DNA from: Eledone cirrhosa
Taxonomy: Eukaryota
Assembly (NCBI GenBank): GCA_964016885.1
Contig: OZ024742.1
Span: forward strand, 139,500,001 to 139,564,000
DNA: 64,000 bases
Reading direction: 5' to 3'
The notes under the pieces were generated by a model. That model was not told the DNA's origin. It searched no databases and saw only the letters and a list, made by a program, of their open reading frames with translations. Below are positions 61,016 through 64,000 of the stretch, in pieces. Numbering within the stretch: the stretch's first letter is position 1; each line of letters opens with the position of its first letter. Position numbers and translations under genes: made by a program.

Positions 61016-63535
61016 AATGCGGTCAGTGAAAATTCCACTCTCGTGTTCTATAGAAGTTTAGTGGTGGGCAAGTGTGAAGGGAACCAGTTGAGTTTGAAAT
61101 GATTCGACGATTGTCGCTCTTGCTTCTGCCAAGCACCGCTTGGTGGTGTTAGCTGCCAGTGTTTTTCATAGCTATGGCTTTCTAAATGTTTATTTATAAA
61201 CATACCATATTTCTTTAAAAATACGAAATTCAAATACATATGTATATATTCAAGTATGTGTTGGTTGATCACCAACACTTCAGTATGCTACTGGTGCCTT
61301 GAGAAAACAACACCAAATTACAGCATGGAGCATACCAAAGAATCAAATTAACAGAAGTAAACTTTATTCCATCGTTATGTTTTTCTGTTTGTTTGTTTCT
61401 ATTCTAATTCTAGCTGTCTGATGAGGTCATAGCTGTTGCATAATGGTTATCGCTGTAATATATATAACAGCGAATATGAATAAACAAAGTTAATTTTAAC
61501 CTGTTTACTTACACTTCTTGTTTATATATGTGTGTGTATGTGTGTGTGTTGCAGCTATTGTTGCAAATGCCACCACCTTCACCACTAATTGATTTGATAG
61601 GTGTCAATAACCCATTGATAGCAAAAATTCTTTGCCCAGAGCCTAACAATTATCAGTCACCCATAAATCTTATTTGTATAGATATATGCTTAGAATAAAT
61701 CAACCCTTCACGAGAGTGGGCGTTCCTGTGGGTGTGCGCGTGTGTGAACCTTGACTTTTATCTGCGTCCTTATATTATTGTGTATATATCAAAAAATAGT
61801 TTTATTAAAGAATCCCTTTAAAATCCCTTGACACCTCCACCATCCCCAAAATCACCACCATCCCCAACCCCCAGAAAGCATATAAATACAACAGTTTTAT
61901 ATGGACAACTGGCTTTCCTGATGATTTCTTTTGAATGAAACAATTCTAGACCTGTAGAAGCCATGTCTATACTAAACTTGGTGTTTACACTCTACTAATG
62001 TATTGAGTAGCTTACTAACTGTGGTTACCCTGGATTGAACCAGAGATCCACACACACACACATACACACAGATAGATAGATAGTTAGATAGATAGATAGA
62101 TAGATACACTAAACATGCATATATACATATATATATGTGTGTGTGTGTGTGTGTGTATTTGTGAAGAGAGAAACACCTGTATATGACTGGATAGTATACC
62201 AATTTAAGTGAAGTACAGAAATCAAAACCAGGACTGACTTTTCTCCATTGCTTGTAAATATTTCAGTCTAAACATAAAGTGGGGACCAAGCGCTCTGAGT
62301 TGGTGAAAATTTTGAAATTCCCAATTAGATTCTCTCTAGTATTAATGATTTTACTTCCCCTTCAATCAGAGTTCAAATATCATTGGAGTAAAAATTGCCT
62401 CCAGGGTTATATAAATATCAATAACATACCTAGGCAGTGTATTTGATTTATGGTTTTCTCCTTAAAAAAATGTCATGTATCTCTTCCAAAAAATATCAAA
62501 AATATTTTCGTCATAAAATTCTACGTAATTGGTCCCAGATATTTGTATATAAAATCGTTTATTTTTTTGTACAGTAGAGAGAAAATTATTGTTAGTTATT
62601 GTAACCACTTATGTTGGTCTGTGTGCTTTCTCCTTTACTTTTGTTATAGTTTCATTTAATGAAAGTTTTGTTGTGAATATCACTCGTTAATATTATCATT
62701 GTCAAATTTGTGGTACATTTGTTGAGTGGTCTTCCAAGTATATAATCTATTTATCTTGTTGTAGTGACAACATTGCCAATACCCATTCAATACACAAATG
62801 ACAAACACAATCACAGCCATGAGGAGAAGGATGCAAATAGTTAGAGTTCGGTCTGGAGATTGCTGTGGAGCTTTAGGATCTGAAAAATATGTGTAATATA
62901 AAGTTAGTAAATGAATGAATGTAAAATAGTTAAATTGTTTACATGTAAACCATTGATGATTAAGAAAAACTCAGCATGATCAAGCAGACATATAACAAAA
63001 ACAATACATCCCTCACCTGACCACTTTTTTTCCTTTTTTAGTTAGAGTATAACAATGACTAGATTACCATGTTGAAATATACTGGGTAAAACATTAATTT
63101 GTTTTGTTTTAATTGTCATCCTTTGTCCTTTATATATTTTTACCGGATTGCATTAGATGCTTGAAACTTTTCAGTCATTTATTATATATCTATCTATCTA
63201 TATATCTATATTTATATTTATATATATATATGCAGAGGTTATATTTAATTTGTTGGGATTAAACAAGCTTAAACATTTTTATAACTGATATAAAGCACTC
63301 AACAAGTTAGTGGAGTAAATATACAATATATTAATAAATGGAAACTATATTTATAAAACCATAATTATTTTATTATATATATTTCAAGGGCGACCAAGGT
63401 AAATTATGGTGCGCTTTCATCAGATAAAATACAGATTTGTTTTATAAATAAATATTGACATACCCGGAAAAAAGACAACCTCACTATCCAGCGGCGAATT
63501 TCAACCGGTGAGGTTGTCTTTATAAAACAAATCTG

Positions 63536-63601
63536 TATTTTATCTGATGAAAGCGCACCATAATTTCCCTTGGTCGCCCTTGAAATATATATAATAAAAT
63601 A
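63536..63601 (+). ncRNA. Minimal type I hammerhead ribozyme with canonical core; second copy on the minus strand at 63366-63431
   Basis: tattttat|CTGATGA|aagcgcacca..tggtcgccctt|GAAA|tatata|TA|ataaaata, within ~105-bp inverted repeats 63344-63448 and 63519-63623. Confidence 0.75.
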
Positions 63602-63684
63602 ATTATGGTTTTATAAATATAGTAGGTGTCACGACAAAAAAACACACAGTCCACGCTGTAATGTTGCTGTGTAGGTAACACGGT

Positions 63685-63862
63685 AAAAACCTCCCAGTCC
63701 ACACTGTAAACGTGGTTGGTGTTAGGAAGGGCATCCAGCCGTAGAAAACCCGCCAGACAGTCCTATACGAGCAGGACAACCAATCTTGCTTCAAGTGGGA
63801 AACTCCCGTCCAAACCCAAGCAAGCGTGGAAGATGGACGTTAAACGATGATGATGATGATGA
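63685..63862 (+). mobile_element. SINE 3' part with (GAT)n tail
   Basis: gtggttggtgttaggaagggcatccagccgtagaaaacc...gatggacgttaaacgatgatgatgatgatg. Confidence 0.7.
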
Positions 63863-63890
63863 GTTTCCATTTATTAATATTTATTAATAT

Positions 63891-63965
<75 letters not shown>

Positions 63966-64000
63966 GCAAGTTTAAGATTCTGTATGTCCACCTAAAACTA

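Overview
Eukaryotic, AT-rich, microsatellite- and retroposon-dense DNA; the SINE families suggest an octopod cephalopod (inference). Positions 1-~39,500 are an array of about ten diverged 2.7-5.5 kb tandem units containing decayed Tx1-type LINE fragments, SINEs and fold-back hairpins. The ORF track misses the main signal. Most units carry a 24-nt (sometimes 18-nt) cassette bounded by strong splice sites (..tgtatttacAG / GTAAGT). Fourteen candidate intact cassettes are all phase 1-1, stop-free and Ser/Thr/Ala/Pro-rich. They join in frame to a terminal exon at 53307-53374 that encodes a GPI-anchor-like tail, followed by a polyA signal. This reads as the 3' part of a micro-exon gene for a GPI-anchored mucin-like protein. 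Among the ten main-type cassettes every difference falls at codon positions 1/2 and none at position 3. The rest of the window holds a Tx1 LINE ORF2 inserted in (CTAT)n, Penelope-like elements with several hammerhead ribozyme motifs, an inverted RTE fragment, SINEs and a mariner-type MITE. All gene calls are predictions from sequence alone.
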